NCBI GenBank assembly: GCA_963797095.1
Contig: CAWCNY010000004.1
Span: 448,001 to 512,000 of the forward strand
Reading direction: 5' to 3'
DNA: 64,000 bases
From: an uncultured Chloroflexia bacterium
GTDB taxonomy: Bacteria; Chloroflexota; Chloroflexia; QHBQ01; JADMIH01
Shown here: positions 30,805-41,013 of the stretch, piece by piece
Layout: the number at the start of each line of letters is the position of its first letter
How positions within the stretch are numbered: position 1 is the first letter of the stretch
The notes under the pieces: generated by a model
The model's database searches: none
Told to the model about the DNA's origin: nothing
The model's input: only the letters and a program-made list of their open reading frames with translations
Position numbers and translations under genes: made by a program

Positions 30805-31521
30805 CTACCTGGGCCTCACTACTTCCTCCGAGACAAGCCTCAAATAGACCGGAAGAGCGCCCGATTTCCCGTACGCAAGAATGCGCCTGACATCAGCTTC
30901 CCCCAACCCGGCGATCCCCACTTTGCCACCCCTGATCGCCTCGATAATACGAACCGAAGAGAGCACGCGCTTGTCCGCAAGTAAAGCCATATTCCGGCCT
31001 ACATTCGCACTCGTGAAATCTGACAACCTGGCCTTCCCCTCGTCTGTCAGGTCCATCTGAATGTCCAATGAGCTAACCGTATCCACCATAACGGTCACAC
31101 CATCCCGCCGCAGGTCGTCACCGCTTAGCACCACGGGATATGGAGGCCCTGCATCAGCGGAAAGAAGCTCAGCATGGTAGGGTCCACGAAGCTCCGTTCT
31201 CACATACTCTCCCGCCTGAGGAGGCGTCTCACCTGCATCAACAAACTCTATGAAACCTCTAGCCGCAAGCAGGTCCCTTACTTCATCCCCACCCGCAGCA
31301 CCCGGTATCTCAACCCTGATTTCTGAGCTACCCGACACCTCCGCCGAAGCATAGGGCATCTCCATCACTTCAAGCCTCTTCTTCAGGATGGCACACGCCA
31401 GCGCCATCTCCTCCGGCGTAACACTTCCCATGCCCTCCACCGGCTCGGCCTCAAGCACCAGGCGCAACCCGCCGTCCCAATCCATCCGAGGCATGCTTTC
31501 AGGTCCTGTGGGCCCCGGCAT
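30805..31521 (-). CDS. SecD periplasmic (P1) domain-only paralog
   Basis: Aligns by eye with adjacent SecD from DGGLRLVLEAEP to SGALPV; no TM; SD GGAGG. Confidence 0.75.
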   Translation of the reverse strand: MPGPTGPESMPRMDWDGGLRLVLEAEPVEGMGSVTPEEMALACAILKKRLEVMEMPYASAEVSGSSEIRVEIPGAAGGDEVRDLLAARGFIEFVDAGETPPQAGEYVRTELRGPYHAELLSADAGPPYPVVLSGDDLRRDGVTVMVDTVSSLDIQMDLTDEGKARLSDFTSANVGRNMALLADKRVLSSVRIIEAIRGGKVGIAGLGEADVRRILAYGKSGALPVYLRLVSEEVVRPR

Positions 31522-31712
31522 AGACTAACCTCCAATAACAACAATGATCTCTATGAGCACACAAGAACTGTCCTTAAGTACACCCCAAAATCTGTCCAGA
31601 TTTGTCCTACATTTGCCATTTAGTATATAAGACGGGTCCAACCACCAACCCACCAAAAAACGGACAACTGACCATACCAAAGTACGCACTTAAGATCTCA
31701 CGACGAACTGGA

Positions 31713-32020
31713 GTAGGGGCGCCTCTTGTGGGCAAATGTTGTCGCATAAACCCACGAACATGGCCCAAGCGCGGGCATTGCTAACGGGTGCCCTGTTTGT
31801 ACACCATCCCAACATAGTCCCGAAGGGACGTAAGAGCGTAGCCCAGAGCGTAAGCCCTGTGGTAAGCCCAACATAGTGCCATAGCCCCGTAGGGGCGTAA
31901 GAATAAGCCCTCCGGCCCTGTATGATGCAATGACGCAACCCTCTTACGTCCCTATGGCACTACTTGCTTTGGATGGCGTATCATCCACGGGCTTACTCTC
32001 TTGCGTCCCTACGGGACTTG
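31713..32020. repeat. REP-like composite palindromic cluster A
   Basis: GTAGGGGCGCCTCTTGTGGG, GCCCCGTAGGGGC, GTCCCTACGGGAC; ~160 bp shared with 53998-54160. Confidence 0.75.
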
Positions 32021-32064
32021 GCCTGGGTGGGATTTCCATCGGGTACTTACAAGGGGTGCAACTT

Positions 32065-33104
32065 ACAATTGACGATTGATGCAAAACCTACCAAGCAAAG
32101 TTGACGAAGGATAAGGGAGACAAGCCGTGACGCAGGTTGGCCCAAGCTACTACAGCCATAGCGGTCAACTTGGCTATGATACGCAGCGCCAACCCACTCC
32201 ATGCGTAGGCATGCGGGTGCTCCAAGTCTACGTACTCCTTGGCTTGGGCAAAGGTCGTCTCCACGATGGGTCGGACGGCACTCAGCCTCTCTTGCACTGC
32301 CGGGTGCAACTGCACTCGCTGGTTGCTGCGGGTGGGAGTAATCAGCACTATGCTCTGCTCCTCCTCCAACCTCCTTTGCCTTCTCTCATCAAGCAGTCCT
32401 TTGTCAGCCCAGATGAGCCACCCCTCATCATCTGCCATCATCGCTTCCAATCCATCTCGCTCATCACCACTAGCCGGCATCAGCACCCACTCGATGATAA
32501 TCCCATTGGGCGTGACGAGGGCCACCAACTTGTACCCGTAGTAGTATTCTCGCCTGGCAGCACAGTAGCCCAACTCAGCCTCAGGCAAGGCCAGGTGGTG
32601 AAGGCCGTATCTGCGCCAATGCCTCACATGGATTGGAGTGCCATCGGTCACTCCTTCGGGAGCAAGGTGTGCTGACACCTCTCGCACCAACTATATACGC
32701 ATTGCATTCAGCACTCCCCAAAGGTTGCGAGCCCGACGGTTGTAGGCACTCTGTGTGGTCAGCGCTGGAAACCACTCCTGATAGTTGTGCCACACAAAGC
32801 GCAGCCATCTGCGCTCAGGCCACTTGGCTTGGGCAAGCTGGTGAGCCAAAAGGAGGGTCAGCATCTCGCCGTCAGTCAGGCGTGGTGGAGTACCACCCTG
32901 TGGGCGTATGTAACGAGCACCATCGTTTTGCAGCCACTGGTCGACCATCAGGTATAATCCTACCAGGAAGGTATCGAAGTCCATGTTCATCGGAAGCCTC
33001 CTTGCAAAGGGGTTTATGTTAGCTTCCGTTGTATCATTCACTTCGATACCTTTTCAACATGTTCAACTCCCTCTAAAGAGGGTTATGCATCAATCGTAAT
33101 TGGT
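32065..33104 (-). mobile_element. IS982-family insertion sequence (~1040 bp)
   Basis: Imperfect 24-bp terminal IRs at 32065-32088 and 33081-33104 enclosing a DDE transposase. Confidence 0.85.
32088..33041 (-). pseudogene. IS982-family transposase interrupted by in-frame TAG (32691-32693)
   Basis: Two same-frame ORFs; DGTPI, GYCAARREYYYGYKL, ADKG, R..VETTF. Confidence 0.82.
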
Positions 33105-33453
33105 ATTTCTATTGTTTTTTCCTATGCCGGTATTTTTATGCGACATCATTGCCCCTACTCCGCTACTCCCCTACTCCCCTACTTTCTCTATTCTAACACT
33201 GAACTGTTCCCTTCAAGGGGGGTGTTGACTCCGCATCAATTGGGCTGTAACATATTCGTACCATCATTACGGCCTGGAATATGATTACAAATCACCATAT
33301 TCTTCGAAACCAGGTAAGCCCCATAACCCGCTCCAACAATGTATTACCTGCGCCTCAGCCGATTTTAGCGGCAACACCCAACTATCGAATGACCCAATCC
33401 CCACCCACTACCAGCACATCTACCAGGGATATTAAGGTAAACAACAAGGCTTT

Positions 33454-34878
33454 ATGTTATTTGGCCTACTGATACTTCTCCTCTTCCTCCTGGCCACCAG
33501 TTTCTTCGTCGCCAGCGAATACGCCATCGTGAGCGTGCGCCGCACGCGCATCGAGCAGTTGGTGAGCGAAGGCAACCGCGGCGCGGTGAGCGTGAAGAAT
33601 GCCATCGAGCACCTCGACAGCTACATCGCCGCCGTACAGATCGGCATTACTATCGCCACCCTCGGCATAGGCGCGCTGGGCGAGCCTGTGCTCGGCACTC
33701 TGATCGAACCCCTCATTCAGCCGATCTTGACGCCGGTCGAGGAGTACGTCACGGCTTCGGCCATCTCCATCGCTTTGGCGTTCCTCATAGTCACGATCCT
33801 GGAGATCGTCCTCGGCGAGATAGTGCCTAAGATCTGGGCACGCGAGCGCGCCGAACGCATGGCGCTCTTCGTCATTCGCCCGATGGAGTTCGTCGTATTC
33901 ATCTTCCGCCCGATTATCTGGCTCGTGACCCACCTGAGCGACATTGTACTTGGCGCTCTCGGCCTCCAGCTTGGGGAATCCCACGGCAGCGTCTACTCGG
34001 TGGAGGAGTTGGAAATGCTGGTTGCCTCCAGCCGCAAGGCAGGCGTTCTAGATAAAGAAGAAGAGGTAATCCTCCGGCGCGTCTTCGACTTCGGCGAGCT
34101 TAAGGCCAGGCAGGTAATGCTCCCTCGTACAGAGATCGAGGCCATCTCTATCGATGCCACTTTCGGCGAGGTGATCCAGGTCTTCTCCGAGCACAAGCAC
34201 AGCCGCTACCCCGTATACGAGCGGGACCTCGATCATCTGGTGGGCATTGTCCACGTCAAAGATGTCTTCCTGCTGCTGACGGGCGCTCGTGACGACATCG
34301 CGCGCAACCCACAGTCCGGCAATCAGAATGGCAAAGCAAACGATACGGCAGACAGCAAAGGCCTGGCGGTTTCCACGGCAAGCGGCTTCAGCGTGCGCGA
34401 CATCATGCGCCCCATCGTGCAGGCCCCCGAAACAAGCGACGTGGTCGACTTGCTCACGAGCATGCAAAAGATCGGCCAGCAGATGGTCGTAGTGATCGAC
34501 GAGTATGGAGGTACGGCAGGCATAGTCACTCTTGAGGATATAGTCGAAGAGATCGTGGGCGAGGTCCGCGACGAGTTCGAAACCGAAGAACCGCGCGAGC
34601 ACATAGTAGTCACCCCCACAGGCACCCTTGTAGATGGCCTTGCCTCGATTGACTACGTCAACGAGGTATTGGGCTTCGACATCAAGAGCGAGGCCGACAC
34701 CCTGGGAGGCTACGTGTTCGAGGTGCTAGGCAGAAAGCCCGAACTGGGCGACACAATCACCCACGGCCAGTACGTCCTCCAGGTAGAGGAGTTGGATGGT
34801 CTACGCATAGCCAAAGTCCGCATCACCCAGTTCCATCCCGCTGAGCAGGCCAAATTCGCCGAAACGCAGGGGGAATAA
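33454..34878 (+). CDS. HlyC/CorC family (CNNM-CBS-CorC) membrane protein
   Basis: FFVASEYA, GEIVPK, HSRYPV, VIDEYGGTAGIVTLEDIVEEIVG. Confidence 0.92.
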   Translation: MLFGLLILLLFLLATSFFVASEYAIVSVRRTRIEQLVSEGNRGAVSVKNAIEHLDSYIAAVQIGITIATLGIGALGEPVLGTLIEPLIQPILTPVEEYVTASAISIALAFLIVTILEIVLGEIVPKIWARERAERMALFVIRPMEFVVFIFRPIIWLVTHLSDIVLGALGLQLGESHGSVYSVEELEMLVASSRKAGVLDKEEEVILRRVFDFGELKARQVMLPRTEIEAISIDATFGEVIQVFSEHKHSRYPVYERDLDHLVGIVHVKDVFLLLTGARDDIARNPQSGNQNGKANDTADSKGLAVSTASGFSVRDIMRPIVQAPETSDVVDLLTSMQKIGQQMVVVIDEYGGTAGIVTLEDIVEEIVGEVRDEFETEEPREHIVVTPTGTLVDGLASIDYVNEVLGFDIKSEADTLGGYVFEVLGRKPELGDTITHGQYVLQVEELDGLRIAKVRITQFHPAEQAKFAETQGE

Positions 34879-34904
34879 GACGAGATGCGAGATCCCTGAC
34901 CTAT

Positions 34905-34987
34905 TACGCGCTTCGTACTTCGTACTTCGTATAGCATATTCACTCGCCACCCGCCACCCGCCACCCGTCACTCGTAACTCACCACCA
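34905..34987. repeat. Heptamer arrays (CTTCGTA)x3 and (CCACCCG)x3
   Basis: Read directly upstream of rluB. Confidence 0.85.
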
Positions 34988-35752
34988 ATGGAACGACTAC
35001 AAAAACTCCTCGCCCGCGCAGGCGTAGCTTCCAGGCGATCTGCGGATGCAATGATCGCCGATGGGCGTGTGCGAGTTAACGGCGAGGTGGTCACCGAGAT
35101 GGGCCGTCAGGCCGATCCTATGATCGATAAGATCGAGCTTGACGGCAAACTCCTAACCATCCCACAACTCTCGACCGCCCAGGACAGTTACATCTACATC
35201 GTCCTGAACAAACCCGCAGGCGTGGTCACCACTGCCAAGGACACCCACGGCAGACCCACCGTGCTCGACCTGCTCCGACCAGGAACGGACGACAGGCGAC
35301 AGGCGATCCCTCGTGTTTTCCCGGTCGGACGCCTCGACGCCGACACTACTGGCCTCCTTCTTCTTACCAATGATGGCGACCTCACCTACCGCCTGACCCA
35401 CCCACGCTTCGGCGTCGAAAAGGAGTACCAGGCCCTCGTAAGAGGCCACCCTGCACCCGATGCCCTGCAGAAACTCCGCACCGGCGTCGAAATCGAGGGC
35501 GAGATGACCTCCCGCGCCAGGGTGACCGAGCTTGAGAGCCGGGGCAACAATGCCCTCCTCCGCATCACGATCCACGAAGGCCGCAAGCGCCAGGTGCGAC
35601 TCATGTGCGCCGCCGTCGGCCATCCCGTAATCTCGCTCCAGCGAGTGCGCTTCGGCCCAATACGCCTGAGCGATCTCAGGCCGGGCACATGGCGCTATCT
35701 TGCCACCCACGAAATACATGCCCTCAAGAAGGCCGTCAACCTCATGCGGTGA
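34988..35752 (+). CDS. rluB: rRNA pseudouridine synthase (RluB/RsuA family)
   Basis: S4 domain ERLQKLLARAGVASRR, PVGRLD, EGRKRQVR; next to cmk. Confidence 0.88.
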   Translation: MERLQKLLARAGVASRRSADAMIADGRVRVNGEVVTEMGRQADPMIDKIELDGKLLTIPQLSTAQDSYIYIVLNKPAGVVTTAKDTHGRPTVLDLLRPGTDDRRQAIPRVFPVGRLDADTTGLLLLTNDGDLTYRLTHPRFGVEKEYQALVRGHPAPDALQKLRTGVEIEGEMTSRARVTELESRGNNALLRITIHEGRKRQVRLMCAAVGHPVISLQRVRFGPIRLSDLRPGTWRYLATHEIHALKKAVNLMR

Positions 35753-35832
35753 GACTCTCCCAACGGTGCATAAATTTCCCACCAACCTGTCTTTGCGTTA
35801 CAATGCATCGAACAACACAGCAGGAGCTGATC

Positions 35833-36570
35833 TTGACCCAACCCAACCACCCAGCAGAACCTATAACACATCCCCCAAAAACCCGCTCCCTGCCTAAAAC
35901 CATCGCGATTGATGGCCCCGCAGGTGCGGGCAAAAGCACCATCGGGCGCTTGCTAGCCGAACGCTTGGGCTACCTCTTCCTTGACACAGGCGCAATGTAC
36001 AGGGCTGTTGCCCTCGCCGCCCTCCATCGGGGCATCGCCATCACCAGCGAGGAGCTACTGACCGATCTCGCCGGACACCTGCCAATTCATATCGAGCGCC
36101 CCGCTCCATCCTGCGCCGATGGGCGTGCCTACACTGTGAAAATAGGCGACGAAGACGTAACCTGGGAGATCAGGAAACCCGAAGTTGAGGCCGTTGTATC
36201 GGGCGTCGCATCATGGCCCGGAGTCCGAACCGCCCAGGTGCGCCAGCAAAGACGCATCGCCCGTCTCGGCCCTGTCGTAATGGTGGGCCGCGACATCACA
36301 ACCGAAGTGCTTCCCGACGCCGACCTCAAAATATACCTCGACGCCTCCCTGCAGGAACGCGCACGCCGTCGCTACGTCGAACTAAAGGAAAGAGGCCGCG
36401 ACGTTACGTTCGAGCAGGTCGAGGCCGAAATAGCCCACCGCGACGACATGGACATGCATCGCGCCACCGGCGCCCTCCGCAGGGCCGAAGACGCTGTGCT
36501 AATAAACACCGAGGGCCTCACCATCCCTCAAGCCCTGGCCGAAGTGGAAAAAGTAGTACGCGACAAGTAA
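35833..36570 (+). CDS. cmk: Cytidylate kinase
   Basis: IAIDGPAGAGKST, LDTGAMYRA, GRDI; SD AGGAG before TTG. Confidence 0.94.
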   Translation: MTQPNHPAEPITHPPKTRSLPKTIAIDGPAGAGKSTIGRLLAERLGYLFLDTGAMYRAVALAALHRGIAITSEELLTDLAGHLPIHIERPAPSCADGRAYTVKIGDEDVTWEIRKPEVEAVVSGVASWPGVRTAQVRQQRRIARLGPVVMVGRDITTEVLPDADLKIYLDASLQERARRRYVELKERGRDVTFEQVEAEIAHRDDMDMHRATGALRRAEDAVLINTEGLTIPQALAEVEKVVRDK

Positions 36571-36619
36571 CTTTTACAGCTCCATCCCACGCCACTCATC
36601 ACTCGTCACTCGTCAAGAA

Positions 36620-37900
36620 TCACGTCTCCCGGTCATATCGCCGCAACGACGGTATCAGCACCCCAACCAGCACCGTAGCCACCATTACCCCGATCCCGCC
36701 TATGGCTATCGACGTGCTCAGGCCAAGCACTGTGGCAGCTAAGCCCGCTTCCAGTTCGCCCAGTTGCGGCCCACCCATATAGAAGATCATATTCACTGAA
36801 GTCATTCGCCCGCGTAGGTCATCGGGTGTCGTAAGCTGTCGGATCGTTTGCCGCATCACCATACTTACCGTATCCGCGGCCCCGGTCCCTGCCAGCGCAA
36901 CCACCGTCAGCCAGTAAAAGTGCGACAACCCGAACACGATCGTCGCGATCCCATACGCCACCACAGACACGATCACGATCAGACCCTGGCGGCGTACATT
37001 CCCCAGCCAGGACATGATTATGCCTGCCACCACCGCCCCGATAGCAGGCGCTGCGTACAGCACGCCCCAGTACTGCCTGTCAACCTTCAGTATCTGCTCC
37101 GCCACCGCAGGCAGCAGAACGGTAGCCGCCCCGAAGAAAGTCGCCATGAAATCGAGGATCATCGTAGACATGATGATCGGCGTCCGTTTCAGGAACCGCA
37201 ACCCATCAAGCGCTGCCCTGACGCTCACATCACGGGTAGCGGCCTGTTGTGGTCTTGTGCGCATGAGGAAGAGCGCGACAATTACCGCTGTGAACGTTAC
37301 CGCATCAATCGAGTAAATAATAGTGAATCCCAACCCATGCAGTGCCACGAAAAGTCCGGCAATTGTCGGCCCTATTATGGTCGCCACCTGCCACATAATA
37401 ATATTCAGCGATAGCGCGTTAGGCAGATCCTTGCGCGGCACCAGGTTCGGTATCAAAGCCGAGCGCGCCGGGTTATCAAACGCAAGCGCCGAAGACCCAA
37501 GCGCGCTTATCGCGTAGATTAGCGGCACCGAAATCCACCCCGACCCCGTAGCTACCGCCAGCACCAGCGAAGTAAGAGCCATCACCGACTGCGTCGCCAT
37601 CAGTAATCGCCGCCTGTCTACTGCGTCGGCCACCACCCCACCGAACAACGAGAAGCCCAGCAGAGGAATCAGCTTTACCAGTCCAAGCAGCCCTACCAGC
37701 GTGTAACTGTGCGTGAGATCCCACAGTTGAACGTCCACCGCCACGAGGCGCATTTGGCTCCCCAGTTGGGATACAAATCCACCTCCCCACAATAATCGAT
37801 AGTCTCGATACTTTAATGCGAGCCAGGGCGAGGTGCGCCTGTGTGCTTCTATGACGTCTTCGCCGGCCGCCTCCTTGTCAGCGACTCCTTCAGCGCTCAT
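36620..37900 (-). CDS. MFS transporter (EntS-like)
   Basis: GGVVADAVDRRRL; 12 TM; LRGRM. Confidence 0.88.
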   Translation of the reverse strand: MSAEGVADKEAAGEDVIEAHRRTSPWLALKYRDYRLLWGGGFVSQLGSQMRLVAVDVQLWDLTHSYTLVGLLGLVKLIPLLGFSLFGGVVADAVDRRRLLMATQSVMALTSLVLAVATGSGWISVPLIYAISALGSSALAFDNPARSALIPNLVPRKDLPNALSLNIIMWQVATIIGPTIAGLFVALHGLGFTIIYSIDAVTFTAVIVALFLMRTRPQQAATRDVSVRAALDGLRFLKRTPIIMSTMILDFMATFFGAATVLLPAVAEQILKVDRQYWGVLYAAPAIGAVVAGIIMSWLGNVRRQGLIVIVSVVAYGIATIVFGLSHFYWLTVVALAGTGAADTVSMVMRQTIRQLTTPDDLRGRMTSVNMIFYMGGPQLGELEAGLAATVLGLSTSIAIGGIGVMVATVLVGVLIPSLRRYDRET

Positions 37901-38109
37901 AACCAATATTGTACTGCTTCTGCTGTAACGGATACAACCGTTACTGGGCACGCCTGATGAGCCAATATGCTGTCGCCCTGTACCAATCCCCTAGCCTCAT
38001 TTCAGGCCGCTTTGAACACCAATTGAGCAGAAAATGGCCTTGAAACTGAACAACCATTAGGAGCAAGATACATTTGGCAGCTTGATACGTTAACTGAGAG
38101 ACACCTTTC

Positions 38110-38917
38110 ATGATTGGCACCCTTATCCAACCCGACATTCCAGCACCCACCCAAGGTCTCTCGAGTAACGCTATGCAAAGTCCACAGCCAACTCTCACAA
38201 CCCCGGTAGCTGTACCCGCCTTCCACCCTACCAACATTCCCGCTCAAGTCCGCCGCCTTCGGGAAGCATCCTTCTATCTTGCCCGCGACCTCCAATGCCC
38301 GGAAGCCGGCCCCAATCAGAGTATTCCCATGCAGCAAACGATAGAATCCTTTGATAATGCGGTGGCGACTATCATCCGTCGCGCCGCAAGCACCGCCAGG
38401 AACGACCGCTGGCTGGCAATCGAGAACTCTAAGTGCGGTATTCGCCCAGGGCTCTACACCCATGCGTCCCTTAGCCGGCGAGTACAGCGGCGAGCTACTT
38501 GTCACAACCCCATCCACCCCCATCGAAGCCGTAGCGCATCTGGTAGCCCGGTTCTATGTCCCGTGGCTCGGCAAGCGCTTTGACCCCGATACCTCCACAG
38601 GCGATAACATTCTACGCCCAGGCGCCCGCTTCGTTGGGCACCTGTTATGGCCGCTATATTTCCGCTACAAGCCGTACCGCGAGGGTTTCTACACAGCCTT
38701 TCCCTTCAGCACATTCACAGCGCCAGGCATACAAGACCCCGATATTACGACACTCAAGCTCGATTACGACACTCCCGGTAACCCCGGCTTTCTGGTCCGC
38801 ACGGTCCTCGACGAGATAGTCCAGATCACACATAATTACTACCTCGGAAAAGCCTATCTCTGGCGCTCCCACAACTACCATCTCACCGCCTTCTTCGCCC
38901 TCCGCAAAAGTCCATAG
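38110..38917 (+). CDS. Hypothetical protein with apparent +1 frameshift at 38424-38429
   Basis: Overlapping ORFs 38110-38583 and 38351-38917 join as WLAIETLSAVFAQG if one A of GAACTC is removed. Confidence 0.6.
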
Positions 38918-39019
38918 CCACAAGCCCCTCTCTAGTTCCGACCTCCAACCACAACCAAGAACCATGAACTTGGAACCAGAAACTTGGAACTCGGCACTCG
39001 GCACTCAATACTCAAACCA

Positions 39020-39748
39020 GTGAACGATCTCCTGACAATGCTAGACAGCTATGGCGTTGGCCTCCTCTTCATAGTGCTTCTGCTGAAAGAGATAGGAGTG
39101 CCCATCCCGATACCCGGCGACCTCTTGATGGTCGTTGCGGGAGCACGCGCCGCGGCAGGCGGCTTACCCCTCTGGGGCGTGCTCGTCGCCGCCTTAGTTG
39201 CCGGGGTGATCGGAGCCTTCGTCCAGTACCTGCTCGCCAGGGGACCGGGGCGCAACGTTATCTATCGCTTCGGCAAATATATCGGCCTCACCCAACCTCG
39301 CCTCGACAAAGCTTCCGACAGCATCAAAGATCGCGGCTGGGTAGCCGTAGCCCTCGGTCGCGCCCTGCCTGGGCTTCGAATTGGCGCTGTTGCCGCCTGC
39401 GGGCTGGCCGCCGTGCCCCTTACCACCTTCACAACCGGCCTCGTTGCGGGTACAATACTCTTCGTCGGTTTCCACACCATGCTCGGCTACCTCGCCGGGC
39501 CAGGCGCGAGCGCCATCTTCGACAACATCAACATCCCCATCCCCGCCCTCATCTTCGCGCTGGCCCTCATGGGTCTGGCCGGTTGGATCTTCATAAGGTA
39601 CAAGCAGCGCAAGGCAAAACAAGCGAACGATACAGCCGCTGTCTTCGATTGGGCGGATGCTTGCTGTCCCGTTTGCCTGGCTGCAGGCAGGCTCATTGAA
39701 GGTCAACCCCGATCCGGCATGGCACCCATAACCCCTGGGAGGGCATAA
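39020..39748 (+). CDS. DedA family membrane protein with C-terminal CCPVC motif
   Basis: EIGVPIPIPGD, GRALPGLR; start uncertain. Confidence 0.82.
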   Translation: MNDLLTMLDSYGVGLLFIVLLLKEIGVPIPIPGDLLMVVAGARAAAGGLPLWGVLVAALVAGVIGAFVQYLLARGPGRNVIYRFGKYIGLTQPRLDKASDSIKDRGWVAVALGRALPGLRIGAVAACGLAAVPLTTFTTGLVAGTILFVGFHTMLGYLAGPGASAIFDNINIPIPALIFALALMGLAGWIFIRYKQRKAKQANDTAAVFDWADACCPVCLAAGRLIEGQPRSGMAPITPGRA

Positions 39749-40371
39749 TGACCTCTGCAAGCACCCGCCCCGGCCCTCGCACGCGGGCCGAAACCACACC
39801 CAGCTTCGATGGGGCGCGCCTCGCCTACCTGGAGGTCGCGGGCCTGAAAGCCTACTACGATCATCGGTGGCTCGACTGCTTCCGCTACATCCTGCAAATT
39901 AACCGCGAGCAGTTCGGCCTCTCCATCTTTCGGGCCATCCAGAACGCCTACTACTTCACCAAAGCTTCCATCGCCTGGGCACCCGTGGACCACAAAGCCG
40001 AAGTTACCCACGACTACATCCGCAAGTTCTACCGCGTCGCCAAGCGCTACGGCAATCACGGCAAGGGTCTTCCGTTCGATGCCAGGAAGGTATCCGAGCT
40101 TGAGTTCCAGTACTGGATCCTCCATCGCGAGCGCGGCATGGACCCCAACAATGACCCACAACCCTACATTCAGTGCCTGGCAGAGCTACATAGCGCGGTC
40201 TTCGGTCTCACAACCGAGGAAACCCGCTATTCAGGCGAGAAGCGTGTGGAAGGTACCGATGCCATCGACCGCATCACCGGCAAGCGGTCGACCGACATTG
40301 AGGGCGACTGGCGCGAAGCTGAATCCGCCCTCAGCGAAGCGTATCGAAGCATCGCCGCCAAACTAAACTAG
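39748..40371 (+). CDS. Hypothetical helical protein
   Basis: TAATG-coupled to DedA; typical codon usage. Confidence 0.75.
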   Translation: MTSASTRPGPRTRAETTPSFDGARLAYLEVAGLKAYYDHRWLDCFRYILQINREQFGLSIFRAIQNAYYFTKASIAWAPVDHKAEVTHDYIRKFYRVAKRYGNHGKGLPFDARKVSELEFQYWILHRERGMDPNNDPQPYIQCLAELHSAVFGLTTEETRYSGEKRVEGTDAIDRITGKRSTDIEGDWREAESALSEAYRSIAAKLN

Positions 40372-40393
40372 CGGCATCCTAGGAGGTCACCAA

Positions 40394-40681
40394 ATGTACG
40401 CAGCAATCCGCATGGCACGTTGTGTATCCGGCAAGCAGGACGAAGTTGCCAATAAAGTCCGCGACGAATACGTGCCGATGATGCAGAAGTTAGCGGGTTT
40501 GCATGGCTACTATCTGGTCAAGGGGGCTAATGACACCCTCTTTACCGTCAGCATATTCGACACCGCCGAGCACGCACACGGTTCCAATACCCTTGCCAAA
40601 GAATGGGTGCCCAACGCGCTGGCAGGATTACTCGATGGGCCGCTCCAGCCGCACGAGGGCGAGATAATCTACCAATTGTAG
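40394..40681 (+). CDS. Small dimeric alpha-beta barrel (ABM-like) protein
   Basis: SD AGGAGG; P.MQKLAGLHGYY...VSIFD pattern. Confidence 0.65.
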   Translation: MYAAIRMARCVSGKQDEVANKVRDEYVPMMQKLAGLHGYYLVKGANDTLFTVSIFDTAEHAHGSNTLAKEWVPNALAGLLDGPLQPHEGEIIYQL

Positions 40682-40911
40682 AATCAAATCTACCCTGAAA
40701 CAAAAGCCGCCAAAGCCTCCTAACGGAATCTTTGGCGGACTTACTATTGGCATTCAAAGCTGACCTTCAGCCGGCTATAGCTATAGCAGTCCACATAGAG
40801 TTGCGCATATAATGGAGCTAATAATACTATAGCCCCACCAAGCATAAGCACAACCCCGCATACCCCGCCCAATCACCAGATCAATCCCCACAAACCCATC
40901 CATCGTACAAT

Positions 40912-40997
40912 TAAGGCACTCGCTACTAAGGCACTCGCTACTAAGGCACTCGCTACTAAGGCACTCGCTACTAAGGCACTCGCTACTAAGGCACTCG
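40912..40997. repeat. 15-bp tandem repeat (TAAGGCACTCGCTAC)x5 plus partial
   Basis: Read directly; identical units with no spacers. Confidence 0.95.
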
Positions 40998-41013
40998 TCA
41001 CCGACCATCCACC

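Noticed and set aside
32691-32693. Pyrrolysine or programmed readthrough
   Set aside because: No pyl genes or supporting signal seen; a nonsense mutation in an IS is the simpler explanation.
40912-40997. CRISPR array
   Set aside because: The 15-bp units are directly adjacent with no spacers, and there are no cas genes in the window.
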